A DNA stretch of 38,459 nucleotides from an uncultured Alistipes sp. (GTDB lineage Bacteria > Bacteroidota > Bacteroidia > Bacteroidales > Rikenellaceae), in contig CAZRJU010000001.1 of the NCBI GenBank assembly GCA_964600455.1, forward strand, positions 1-38,459, read 5' to 3'. The notes below the pieces were generated by a model. That model did no database searches and was not told the DNA's origin. It worked only from the letters and a program-made list of their open reading frames with translations. Position numbers and translations under genes: made by a program. How positions within the stretch are numbered: position 1 is the stretch's first letter; the number at the start of each line of letters is the position of its first letter. Below, in pieces: positions 26,801 through 35,566 of this stretch.

Positions 26801-28410
26801 TCGCGTTTGTTGAGTCCCATGGCAAAGAGGTCGGCCCGCTCCAAGTCGAGGTTGAAGAGGTAATGCGGCTCCCCGCGCAGATCGGCATCGGCCTCCAATT
26901 CGAAGAGCAGTTTTTCATCCTCGCTCAGCAGCTCGGCGTGGTAGCGGTTGTCGCGCACCAACCCCGTCAGCAACAGATCACGGTAGAGGCACTCGTTAAA
27001 CTCAAGGGCATGCAGATCTCCGCTGAGATGGAGTTGAGTGGCAGCCCCTCCCAACGGGCCCGCAGCAGCCACATCGAGCGAGGCCCCGCCAAGCATCTTT
27101 ACCCCGACCAGCGAACCCAATCGGAGATTGCGCGTGGAGAGGTTAGCTGTCAGATAGCGCGACGTGGAGTCGGGTCTCAAGGTGGTTGCCAGCGTGAGTG
27201 TTCCCTGCGAAGTGGCAGCCAAAGCCTCGGCCTCAAAGTCTGATAACAGCCCGCGGAGACGCCCCGTAAGCTCTATCGGGCCGGCCCTATGCAGGATCTT
27301 CACCACGCCATCGGAGAGCTCCTTATGCAGAATGGCACCCACCAGAGAACGAGCCTCCAGGGCCCGGCTCTTGAGCGAGTGAACCTTTATATCGAAGCGC
27401 GTACGTTGAGCATCGGGCAACCCCTGCATCTTCAAATCGGCTTTGAGCGAGGTTTCCTCCCCGTAAGAGAGGTTTATGATACGCCCCTGCAGATCGTCTA
27501 CCGTACCCGAGATACGCAAGTCGATCCGATGACCAACTAAGTGCCAGTCCTTGAGCTTGGGAGAGAAGTAGGCCACATCGTCGGTTGCAAGGGTCGACTC
27601 CCGGAAGCGAGCCGTCATCTGTACGCTGTCGATGTAATATTTATAGGTCTGCCAGTTTTCACCCCGGATCGTCAGCGAAGGCATATCGAGTTTCGACTGC
27701 GGAGTCTCGATAGCAGCATTCTTCAACTGAATAAGGCCATTCTCGATCCGCATATCGGCCTTCAGATTGGCTATTTCAAAGCCAGATAGCTCCCTTCCGG
27801 AGAGGTGGTCGATCTCTCCGGTAATGACCGGGCCGTCGATTACAAAGTCATCCAGCCGCCCCCAAAGGTGCTTGAGCTGCATGTTCGACCAGTCGATGCC
27901 GTAGTCGCGGTCGCGCTTCTGGTTACGAATCAGGCGGAACTCCACCTCCTCCACCTCCAGGTGGCGGAAGGCAATCTTGAAGGGGCGTTTTTCGCGGTTT
28001 GGATCACGTTTGCGCATCCGCTCCACCACCTCCTTGATGTTCATCACCGAGCGAGGCGACTCCTTCAGGTAGAACTTGGCATCCTGCAAACGGGCCTCCC
28101 CAAAGGTGATCCCCGCCGCCCCAAAGCCATGGATCGAAACCTCGGCCCGGTGGGCATAGAGCAGCGTGTCCTGCTCGTAATCCTCCACATAGAGCCCCTC
28201 GAGGTTCAGGCGATTGAAGAAGCCTATTGAGAGGTGATCCACCTCCACGCGCGTACCGAGTTTCTCTGTCGCCTTGCGGGCAGCCCACTCTACGGCACAA
28301 CGCTGCACCGACTCTACCTCAAGGAGCAGCGCCAGCGAAATGGGCAAAAATATCGCAATTAGCACGAGTGCTGCGATAACCTTTCCCAATATTTTTGTAC
28401 CTTTGCGCAT
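23821..28410 (-). CDS. tamB: TamB/AsmA-like (DUF490) translocation and assembly module protein
   Basis: 1529 aa, N-terminal TM anchor, beta-rich repeats, C-terminal G.Y.F......K.F.I..GS.I.W.GDP..A.LNI.A.Y; divergent from tsaD. Confidence 0.85.
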   Translation of the reverse strand: MRKGTKILGKVIAALVLIAIFLPISLALLLEVESVQRCAVEWAARKATEKLGTRVEVDHLSIGFFNRLNLEGLYVEDYEQDTLLYAHRAEVSIHGFGAAGITFGEARLQDAKFYLKESPRSVMNIKEVVERMRKRDPNREKRPFKIAFRHLEVEEVEFRLIRNQKRDRDYGIDWSNMQLKHLWGRLDDFVIDGPVITGEIDHLSGRELSGFEIANLKADMRIENGLIQLKNAAIETPQSKLDMPSLTIRGENWQTYKYYIDSVQMTARFRESTLATDDVAYFSPKLKDWHLVGHRIDLRISGTVDDLQGRIINLSYGEETSLKADLKMQGLPDAQRTRFDIKVHSLKSRALEARSLVGAILHKELSDGVVKILHRAGPIELTGRLRGLLSDFEAEALAATSQGTLTLATTLRPDSTSRYLTANLSTRNLRLGSLVGVKMLGGASLDVAAAGPLGGAATQLHLSGDLHALEFNECLYRDLLLTGLVRDNRYHAELLSEDEKLLFELEADADLRGEPHYLFNLDLERADLFAMGLNKRDTLSQLNLRLAGDISGAALDDLRGKVDIQDARYRYNSSEIRAEQIHLEANRRERERSLTLRSEYADLDFTSPHGYKDAFQFLSRALKHYLPALYPEEQTPILIDSLPDPEEDLTQLRLTVKQMTPLTDAVSKGLEVADNTTLALDYNPSLNRLALALNAGYIEHDRLFATNLNLSVKNLADSLMLNCSARDFYAGAFHLHRIDLEGGAHDGSFALLSAFTDSASHFAGNLQWQGLLERNRERGCRLELKLLPSTLEAGGKRFDLQAPLIDMDSARVVIDRFSMENREEALRLEGVASRLKEDSLCLTLTNFDLSPLTQVAASLGYRISGTSNGYAVMKSVLRDGEISADILIDSMRVNEVLPVPPLRLLSRWDFELNRAAMFIIDRERVDTLIRGYYRPSERRYYARAALDKISLGALDPILKGVISQTKGTADVALTLRGEGRKADLSGVIQACDLSTQVDFTQVTYHLPEAQILVHGNRLQALDVPFYDSEQNRGEMDFRLDLGHLSNISYSLDVAPRDMLVLNTTKEDNDLFYGKIYATGQARIAGDKMGVKMDINALTEDNSVFYMPLSGSSNVQKADFVTFVTPNDVDTSNYLVRRRIMFERKLRQKSQAGGKMDINLALSVHPNLDFQLVIDPQAGDLLRGEGEGLLNIHVNPRENIFEMTGDIEITEGSYLFTLQNIINKKFLIESGSTISWTGDPMDAMLNINALYKLKASLQPLLGASTSADRNSNTRTVPVECVIHLGNRLSNPSKSFSIRVPQADSETQTAVANILNTETTIARQFIYLLAFNSFYPESSTGSSGNIGAVASAATGFELLANQVSNVLSGDDYNIILRYRPKTEVSSDEVDFGFSSNLINDRLLIEVEGNYLIDNKMATNGNMSNFMGEAYITWMIDRAGTLKLKGFTQTIDRFDETQGLQETGIGIYYKEDFDNLRDLRDRIKQRFTSEKRKERRAQRRAEKEAERAARAAAAHEVEGPVSEGDIPEQEIE

Positions 28411-28437
28411 GAATAGCAGTTTTAATCTGCAAATTTA
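28398..28437. promoter_or_regulatory. Face-to-face -7 boxes for tsaD (+) and tamB (-)
   Basis: TACCTTTG on plus (28398-28405, inside the tamB 5' end) and TAAATTTG on minus (28430-28437). Confidence 0.55.
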
Positions 28438-28469
28438 ACTATTTATAGTTAAAAAACGAAAAAACAAGG

Positions 28470-29537
28470 ATGGATATTACAATTTTAGGTATCGAATCTT
28501 CTTGCGACGACACCTCGGCAGCCGTAATCCGCAATCGGGTACTGCTCTCCAATGTGATTGCCTCTCAGGCTGTTCACGTCAAATATGGCGGTGTGATTCC
28601 CGAATTGGCCTCGCGTGCGCACCAACAAAATATTGTTCCGGTGATCGACACCGCGCTCAAGGAGGCCGGCCTGACGGCCGACAAGATCGACGCCATCGCC
28701 TTCACCCGAGGCCCCGGCCTGCTGGGTTCGCTCATGGTGGGTGTCTCCTTCACCAAGGGGCTCTCCATCGCCCGCAATATTCCGATGGTAGAGGTCAACC
28801 ACCTGCAAGGGCATATCCTCTCCCACTTCTTGGATCTGCCCGAACGAGAGCTGCCCCACCCCTCGTTCCCCTTCCTCTGCCTGTTGGTCAGTGGCGGGCA
28901 CACCCAGATCGTCAAGGTTTCGTCGCCAACCGAGATGGAGATCATCGGCACCACAATCGACGACGCTGCCGGTGAGGCCTTCGATAAGTGTGCCAAAGTG
29001 ATGGGGCTCCCCTACCCGGGCGGGCCGGTCATCGACCGTTTGGCCCAGGAGGGTGATCCCAAGGCCTTTCGCTTTGCCAAACCCCACGTTCCGGAGTTGG
29101 ACTACTCCTTTTCGGGACTTAAGACCTCGTTCCTCTATACGCTGCGCGACGAGGTGGCTGCCGAGCCCGACTTTGTCGAGCGCCACAAGGCCGACCTTTG
29201 CGCTTCGTTGCAGCACACCATTGTCGAGATCCTGCTCGACAAACTGGTCAAAGCCTCGAAACTCACCGGCATCAAGGATATTGCCATTGCCGGCGGCGTA
29301 TCGGCCAATTCGGGGCTGCGCCGCGGCATCGAAGCCGAGGGGAAACGCCGCGGTTGGCGTACCTTCCTGCCCGAGTTCCGTTTCACGACCGACAACGCCG
29401 CCATGATCGCTCTGGCCGGCTACTACCGCTACCAGCGTGGAGAACTCTCCTCATTGGAAGTGGCCCCGATTGCCCGTCTCGAAGAGCTTGAGGTGCTGAG
29501 CAGTACGGCAAAATCGAAAAAAAAATCGGAATTTTAG
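28470..29537 (+). CDS. tsaD: tRNA N6-adenosine threonylcarbamoyltransferase TsaD
   Basis: LGIESSCDDT, GGVIPELASRAH, HLQGH, SGGHT, DDAAGEAFDK and TDNAAMI. Confidence 0.97.
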   Translation: MDITILGIESSCDDTSAAVIRNRVLLSNVIASQAVHVKYGGVIPELASRAHQQNIVPVIDTALKEAGLTADKIDAIAFTRGPGLLGSLMVGVSFTKGLSIARNIPMVEVNHLQGHILSHFLDLPERELPHPSFPFLCLLVSGGHTQIVKVSSPTEMEIIGTTIDDAAGEAFDKCAKVMGLPYPGGPVIDRLAQEGDPKAFRFAKPHVPELDYSFSGLKTSFLYTLRDEVAAEPDFVERHKADLCASLQHTIVEILLDKLVKASKLTGIKDIAIAGGVSANSGLRRGIEAEGKRRGWRTFLPEFRFTTDNAAMIALAGYYRYQRGELSSLEVAPIARLEELEVLSSTAKSKKKSEF

Positions 29538-29558
29538 TAGCATTGAACAAAAAATAGC

Positions 29559-29566
29559 TATCTTTG
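29559..29566 (+). promoter_or_regulatory. -7 box (TATCTTTG) for the flavoprotein gene
   Basis: TAnnTTTG 66 nt upstream of ATG 29633. Confidence 0.55.
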
Positions 29567-29632
29567 CGGCCGATCTTTTCCATAAAGAGAAGATCGGTTT
29601 TTATTTTTGTATTACCCAATTAACCAAACGCA

Positions 29633-30715
29633 ATGAAATCATTGAAAATCGGCGAGCTTACAGCCAACGTACCCATTGTACAGGGAGGTATGGGTGTCGG
29701 CATTTCGCTCTCCGGATTGGCTTCGGCCGTTGCCAACGAGGGGGGCGTAGGCGTCATCTCGGCAGCCGGTCTGGGCTTGATCTATAAGGATTACTCTTCC
29801 AACTTCAACGAAGCCTCGATCTGGGGCCTTAAGGAGGAGCTGCGCAAAGCACGCGAAGCCACCAAAGGCATCATCGGTGTCAACGTCATGGTGGCCATGT
29901 CCAACTTTGCCGATATGGTCAAGACGGCCATTCGGGAGAAGGCCGACATCATCTTCTCAGGTGCCGGTCTGCCGCTCAACCTGCCCGCCTTCCTGAGCGA
30001 AGGGGCAAAGACCAAACTGGCTCCCATTGTCTCGTCGGCACGCGCCGCGAAACTCCTCTGCGAAAAGTGGCTCAGCAACTACAACCATATCCCCGACGCC
30101 ATCGTTGTCGAGGGCCCCAAGGCGGGTGGTCACCTGGGCTATAAGCAGGATCAGATTATGGATAGCAACTACTCGCTCGAGAGCCTCTTGCCCGAGATCC
30201 TGCATGAGGTACACCTGTTCGAGAGCGAACACGACTGCCGCATTCCGGTCATCGCCGGCGGAGGTATCTACACCGGCGAAGATATTGGCCGTACGCTCGA
30301 TTTGGGTGCCGATGCCGTACAGATGGGCACACGCTTCGTAACGACCCTCGAGTGCGATGCCGACCCCGCCTTCAAGCAGAGCTACATTGATGCTACCGAG
30401 GCCGATATCGAGATCATTCAGTCGCCCGTAGGGATGCCCGGACGAGCCATCCGCAGCAGCTTCCTGAAGCGCGTAAAGGAGGGACTCAAGCGCCCGAAGG
30501 CCTGCCCCTTCAACTGCATCAAGACGTGCGACATTTCGCGCTCACCCTACTGCATCATGCTGGCCCTCTACAACGCCTTCAAAGGGCGCTTGGAGCAGGG
30601 TTATGCCTTTGCCGGAGCCAACGCCTGGAGAGCCGAAAAGATCCAGTCGGTCAAGGAGCTCTTCTCTTCGCTCAAGGAGGAGTTCGAGGCCTTCAAGCAG
30701 CGCATCTCGGAGTAG
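29633..30715 (+). CDS. Nitronate-monooxygenase-family FMN oxidoreductase, FabX/UfaA-like, with a 4-Cys cluster
   Basis: QGGMGVGIS, SGAGLP, VEGP.AGGHLG, VQMGTRF, SPVG.PGRA and CxxxCxxxC..YC. Confidence 0.85.
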   Translation: MKSLKIGELTANVPIVQGGMGVGISLSGLASAVANEGGVGVISAAGLGLIYKDYSSNFNEASIWGLKEELRKAREATKGIIGVNVMVAMSNFADMVKTAIREKADIIFSGAGLPLNLPAFLSEGAKTKLAPIVSSARAAKLLCEKWLSNYNHIPDAIVVEGPKAGGHLGYKQDQIMDSNYSLESLLPEILHEVHLFESEHDCRIPVIAGGGIYTGEDIGRTLDLGADAVQMGTRFVTTLECDADPAFKQSYIDATEADIEIIQSPVGMPGRAIRSSFLKRVKEGLKRPKACPFNCIKTCDISRSPYCIMLALYNAFKGRLEQGYAFAGANAWRAEKIQSVKELFSSLKEEFEAFKQRISE

Positions 30716-30738
30716 TGTTCTGAGGACTTACAACAAAC

Positions 30739-30773
30739 AACCCGCCGCGCTTTCAGCACGGCGGGTTATTTTT
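30739..30773. terminator. Intrinsic terminator between convergent genes
   Basis: AACCCGCCGCGCT-ttc-AGCACGGCGGGTT followed by ATTTTT. Confidence 0.75.
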
Positions 30774-30790
30774 ATCCGAAGAGTCCAAAA

Positions 30791-30964
30791 TTATTTGGCG
30801 GCCTCTACAGAAACCTTGCGGAACTCCTTCATCAACTTCGAAAGCTCCAAAGCGGCCTTGCGAGCACGGGTACCGGCAGCCTTGTTGTTCTTGGTTACCT
30901 GAGCCTCTGCATTTACTGCGAAGTTTGCGTACTCAGCCTGGATTTTTGCTACTAACTCTTTCAT
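30791..30964 (-). CDS. Histone H1-like protein (Hc1 family), 57 aa
   Basis: MKELV.KI......F...A..Q....NKAAG.RARK..LE..KLMKEFRK.S; own -7 box at 30998-31005. Confidence 0.85.
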   Translation of the reverse strand: MKELVAKIQAEYANFAVNAEAQVTKNNKAAGTRARKAALELSKLMKEFRKVSVEAAK

Positions 30965-30997
30965 GCTGTTTAATGTTTTGAGGTTTAAAAGTTGGGG

Positions 30998-31005
30998 CAA
31001 AGTTA
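30998..31005 (-). promoter_or_regulatory. -7 box (TAACTTTG) for the Hc1-like gene
   Basis: TAnnTTTG 33 nt upstream of ATG 30964. Confidence 0.6.
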
Positions 31006-31124
31006 TAAAAATTTTCTTTCGCCAAACAATTCCTCGCAAAAAAAATCTCTTTTTTCCCTCATTATCGCAATTTTAGCCTGTTTGGTTCGTTTTTTGCCCC
31101 ACAAAAGGGAAAAATCGAATCCCT

Positions 31125-32225
31125 ATGCAATCTATTTTCTATCTTCTCGGAGCAGTTCTCCTGCTCAGCGTCGGGGGATGCCACCCCCAACCATCGGGCC
31201 ACATCATGCCCATTCTCCAGGTAGAGAGCACAATAGCCATCTCGGACACACTGGCCCGGGAGATGGAGTTTATCTCGATGCTCGAGAGTAACTTTTCGAC
31301 CGTGATCCAACCACGCGTGAACGCCTATCTATTGAGTAAGGAGTACCGCGACGGGATGCCCGTTCGGCGGGGACAACTCCTCTTTCAACTCGACGCCTCG
31401 CAACTCAACACCACCCGTTTAGCAGCCGAAGCAGCCCTCTCCTCGGCCCGCGTACAGCTCCTCGAGGCCCGCAACAACTACAACCGAGCCCTCCCCTTGG
31501 CCCGTATCGAGGCGATCAGCCAGAGCGAACTGGATCAATACACCGCCTCGCTGGCCTCGGCCGAAGCGGCCCTTCGTTCAGCCGAACAGCAACTGCGCAG
31601 TGCTCGGCTCAATGTGGGTTATACGCGTATCGTGGCTCCGATCGACGGTATCGCCTCTTCGAGCGAGGCCCATGCCGGCGACTATGTGGGCCCGGGCACC
31701 CGATTCGAGGTGTTGGCCACCCTCTCGAACAACGACTCGCTGACGGCCACCCTTTCGATCCCGATGCGGGAGTATCTGAGCCTGGCCGTAGACTCTGTGA
31801 GCTACGAAAACCGCAACCTCCTGCACCAAATTCGGCTCCAACAGGCCGATGGCGAACCCTATCCCTATGCGGGCACCTATAACTATACGCTCAAAGATGT
31901 GGCCGCGGGCGAGGGGGTGATCCGCCTTTCGGTGCTCTTTCCCAACCCCGACGGGGCTCTCAAGGCTGGGCAGTTTGCCCGCATCAAAGCCGAGGTGGGG
32001 CCGCGCAAGGCGGTGGTATTGATTCCCCAACGTGCCGTCACGGAGCTCCAGGGCGAAGCTGCCGTCTGGGTGATCGGCAAGGACTCGGTGGTAGAGTATC
32101 GCCCCGTAAAACTCGGTCCCACAAGAGATACGCTCTGGATGGTGAGTGAAGGGTTGCAAGGGGGTGAGCGAGTAGCCACCAGCGGCCAACTAAAGCTCCA
32201 TCACGGTGAGCGGGTCCGCTTCTGA
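31125..32225 (+). CDS. RND periplasmic adaptor (MFP)
   Basis: Lipobox-like VGGC, V.RGQLLFQLD, YTRIVAPIDG, FPNPDG.L..GQF and IPQRAV.ELQG. Confidence 0.9.
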   Translation: MQSIFYLLGAVLLLSVGGCHPQPSGHIMPILQVESTIAISDTLAREMEFISMLESNFSTVIQPRVNAYLLSKEYRDGMPVRRGQLLFQLDASQLNTTRLAAEAALSSARVQLLEARNNYNRALPLARIEAISQSELDQYTASLASAEAALRSAEQQLRSARLNVGYTRIVAPIDGIASSSEAHAGDYVGPGTRFEVLATLSNNDSLTATLSIPMREYLSLAVDSVSYENRNLLHQIRLQQADGEPYPYAGTYNYTLKDVAAGEGVIRLSVLFPNPDGALKAGQFARIKAEVGPRKAVVLIPQRAVTELQGEAAVWVIGKDSVVEYRPVKLGPTRDTLWMVSEGLQGGERVATSGQLKLHHGERVRF

Positions 32226-32275
32226 TTCCACGTCTTCTTCAGATCACTATCCAACACGCTTTCAAACATCTACAC

Positions 32276-35200
32276 ATGGAACGATTTTTTGTCTCACGGC
32301 CCGTATTCGCCATTGCCATCGCCTTGGGGATGGTGATCCTCGGCTTCGTAGCCATCCGGAGCCTCTCGATCGAGCAGTATCCCGACATCACTCCGCCCGT
32401 AGTAGAGATCTCGGCCAGCTATCCGGGAGCCGATGCCCTCACCGTGGACGAGGCGGTAGCCACCCCCATAGCCCAGCAGGTAATGGGGGTTGGCCAGATG
32501 CTCTACATGCAGTCGACCAGCGCCGATGATGGTTCGATGAACCTCCAGGTTACCTTTGCCATTGGCTCCGACCCCGACATGGATGCCATCTTCTCACAGA
32601 ACCGCGTCTCGGAGGCAACCCCCTCACTCCCCCAATCCGTCACCGAACAGGGGATCACCACCCAAAAGACCATGAGCGGTTTTTTGATCGTCTACAGCCT
32701 CTTCAGCGATGGACGCTACGACGACCTCTTTCTCTCGAACTATGCCTATCTGCACATCCAGGACGAGCTGCTCAAGATTGACGGTGTGGGGAAGGTCGAG
32801 GTGATGGGAGCGGGCGAGTACGCCATGCGCATCTGGCTGAAGCCTGATCTGTTGTCCTACTACAACCTCTCCATCGAGGAGGTACGCGAAGCGATCTTGG
32901 CCCAAAGCGGTATCTACCCGGCCGGTAAGTTCGGAGCCGAGCCCACCACCCCCACAACCACCTTTACCTACACGGTACGTATGCCCCACGAACGCTCAAC
33001 CCCCGAGGAGTTTGGGAAAATCGTGGTGAGGGCCCAAAGCAACGGCGAGCAGATCCTCCTCGAGCAGATTGCCGACATCGAACTCGGAGCCCGCAGCTAT
33101 GGGGCCACCTCGGCCTTCGGCAACCACCCCTCGGCCCTGATCGTCATCTACCAGCAGCCGGGGAGTAATGCCGTGGAGGTGGGAGCCCGTGTCAGAGAGG
33201 TGATGCAGGGCCTCAGTGAGCGCTTCTACGACGGAATCGACTTTTCGACCATTGTGGATGCCACCGATGGGATTCGGGTCGGCATCCGCGACATCATCGC
33301 CACCCTCCTGATCGCCCTTGTTCTGGTGGTGAGCATCATCTACCTCTTTTTACAGAACTGGCGTGCCACGCTTATCCCGTTGATTGCCATTCCCGTATCG
33401 CTGATTGGAGCCTTTGCCCTCTTCCCGCTCCTGGGCTTTACGATCAACATCATCTCCCTCTTGGGCATGGTACTGGCCATCGGGTTGGTGGTCGACGATG
33501 CGATTGTGGTGGTTGAGGCCGTGCAGCTCAATCTCGCGGCCGGCATGCCTCCGAAAGAGGCCACCATCAAGGCGATGCAGAACGTATCGGCCCCCATCAT
33601 CGCCACCACGGTTGTCCTCTTGGCGGTCTTTGTACCGGTCTCCTTCTCGGGCGGAATCACGGGGTTGCTCTTTCAGCAATTCGCCATCACCATTGCCGTA
33701 TCGGTGGTTCTCTCGGCCTTCAACGCCCTGACACTCAGTCCGGCACTCTGCTCGCTGCTACTCAAGGATCAACGCCCCCCGCAACGAGGCCTTTTTGCCC
33801 GCTTTAACCGGTGGTTCGACCGTTCGATGGCGGGCTACGACGACTCGGTAAAGGGGTGGTTACGCCATGCAGGTCGTACACTATTCATTCTGGTTATCAG
33901 CGCTATAACGATCTCCGTGCTTTGGATTACACTTCCCAAAGGTTTCCTGCCGGAGGAGGATCAGGGCTACCTGATGGTGATGGTGGAGACCCCGCCCGCC
34001 TCCTCACTCGAACGCACCCAAAAGGCCATCGAGCAGATTGATCGGCTGATCCTAAACGAATCGGATGTGGAGGCCACGACCTATGCCGCCGGATTCGACA
34101 TGATGGCCGGTGTCGCCTCTACCAACCACGGCATCCTCTTTATCAAGCTCAAGCCCTACAAGGAGCGTAAACGCTCGGCCATGGAGCTTGCCGAGGAGCT
34201 CACCGAGGAGCTCTATGCAGCCGCGCCCGAGGCACTTTGCTACACCTTCACCCCTCCGTCAATTCCCGGACTCGGGGTCAGCTCAGGTCTTTCGCTTGAG
34301 CTTCAGGATCTCGAGGCTCAAGGCGGAGCATGGCTCGAGGAGCAGTGCCAAACACTCATCGCTGCGCTCGAAAAGAGCCCCGAGATCGCCTCGGCCACCA
34401 CCCAATACAACGGCTCGATTCCCCAACGCCAACTCTCGATCGACCGCGAACGAGCCTTGGCTCAAGGGGTGGATTTGAGCGAACTCTACCGTGAGATCTC
34501 GACACTGCTCGGCGGCTCCTACCTCAACAATTTCAGCCGCTTTGGCAGGCTCTACCAGAGCTACCTGCAAGCAGCCCCCGACTATCGTACCTCGAAAGAG
34601 GCTCTCGCCCACTACTACATTGCAGGAAGCAGCGGCGAAGAGATCCCCCTCTCGGAACTGATCACCGTGCGCGACACGGTGGGGCCGGGCTTTATCACGC
34701 AGTTCAACCTCTACCGCTCCATCTCGCTCAACATCACCCCTGCAGCCGGCACCTCATCGAGCGATGCCATGGCATTGGTCGAGCGCACAGCCCGGGAGGT
34801 GTTGCCCGAAGGGGCCGGTATCACCTGGAGCGGGCTCTCCTATCAGCAGGCCGCAGCCGCCGGCTCCGAGGGGTGGGTCTACGCCTTAGCCCTGATCTTT
34901 GTCTACCTGGCCTTGGCCTCACTCTACAACTCCTGGAGCCTTCCCTGGGCAATCCTGTTGAGTGTTCCAATGGCTGTGGCCGGAGCGCTGCTCTTTGTGA
35001 GTGGCGGGCATTGGGTCGACCAACTGATCAGTAACGACATCTACCTGCAGATCTCGCTGGTGATGCTCATCGGTCTGGCAGCCAAGAATGCGATCCTGGT
35101 GGTGGAGTATGCCAACCGTCTCTTCTTTGAACAGGGGCTCGACCTGCGCGAGGCCGCTGTGGGAGCCGCTCGGCTGCGTATCCGCCCGATCCTGATGACC

Positions 35201-35404
35201 GCCTTTGCCTTTATCCTTGGTGTACTTCCGTTGGTTTTTGCCACCGGGCTCTATACCACGGCACGCCATGTGATGGGAATTGCTTTGGTTGGTGGAATGT
35301 TGGCCTCCACCCTCTTGGGAATCTTCCTCTACCCTGCCCTCTACTATCACACCGCCCGTCTCTTCGGATTCGAGCGCAAACGCGAACGCTTAGAAACTGT
35401 TTGA
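32276..35404 (+). CDS. HAE1-type multidrug RND permease
   Basis: FFVSRPVFA, QYPDITPP, GLVVDDAIVVVE, GLAAKNAIL and RIRPILMT. Confidence 0.95.
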   Translation: MERFFVSRPVFAIAIALGMVILGFVAIRSLSIEQYPDITPPVVEISASYPGADALTVDEAVATPIAQQVMGVGQMLYMQSTSADDGSMNLQVTFAIGSDPDMDAIFSQNRVSEATPSLPQSVTEQGITTQKTMSGFLIVYSLFSDGRYDDLFLSNYAYLHIQDELLKIDGVGKVEVMGAGEYAMRIWLKPDLLSYYNLSIEEVREAILAQSGIYPAGKFGAEPTTPTTTFTYTVRMPHERSTPEEFGKIVVRAQSNGEQILLEQIADIELGARSYGATSAFGNHPSALIVIYQQPGSNAVEVGARVREVMQGLSERFYDGIDFSTIVDATDGIRVGIRDIIATLLIALVLVVSIIYLFLQNWRATLIPLIAIPVSLIGAFALFPLLGFTINIISLLGMVLAIGLVVDDAIVVVEAVQLNLAAGMPPKEATIKAMQNVSAPIIATTVVLLAVFVPVSFSGGITGLLFQQFAITIAVSVVLSAFNALTLSPALCSLLLKDQRPPQRGLFARFNRWFDRSMAGYDDSVKGWLRHAGRTLFILVISAITISVLWITLPKGFLPEEDQGYLMVMVETPPASSLERTQKAIEQIDRLILNESDVEATTYAAGFDMMAGVASTNHGILFIKLKPYKERKRSAMELAEELTEELYAAAPEALCYTFTPPSIPGLGVSSGLSLELQDLEAQGGAWLEEQCQTLIAALEKSPEIASATTQYNGSIPQRQLSIDRERALAQGVDLSELYREISTLLGGSYLNNFSRFGRLYQSYLQAAPDYRTSKEALAHYYIAGSSGEEIPLSELITVRDTVGPGFITQFNLYRSISLNITPAAGTSSSDAMALVERTAREVLPEGAGITWSGLSYQQAAAAGSEGWVYALALIFVYLALASLYNSWSLPWAILLSVPMAVAGALLFVSGGHWVDQLISNDIYLQISLVMLIGLAAKNAILVVEYANRLFFEQGLDLREAAVGAARLRIRPILMTAFAFILGVLPLVFATGLYTTARHVMGIALVGGMLASTLLGIFLYPALYYHTARLFGFERKRERLETV

Positions 35405-35549
35405 AATTTAGCCATCTCACTCTTTTATGCTCTTCAGGACTCTTTTTCCTTCTGACTCTCGTTACACAGGGGGTATGCTCCTCAAATCAGAAGAAAAATA
35501 GCCACAAAACAGCCATAAAATAACTTCGCAAACAAATTCAAACAGCTTC
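35393..35549. mobile_element. 157-bp MITE-like element with 13-bp TIRs and TTA target duplication
   Basis: TTA|GAAACTGTTTGAA ... TTCAAACAGCTTC|TTA (12/13 TIR match), with nested internal inverted arms. Confidence 0.75.
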
Positions 35550-35566
35550 TTAACTTCAATATCAAA

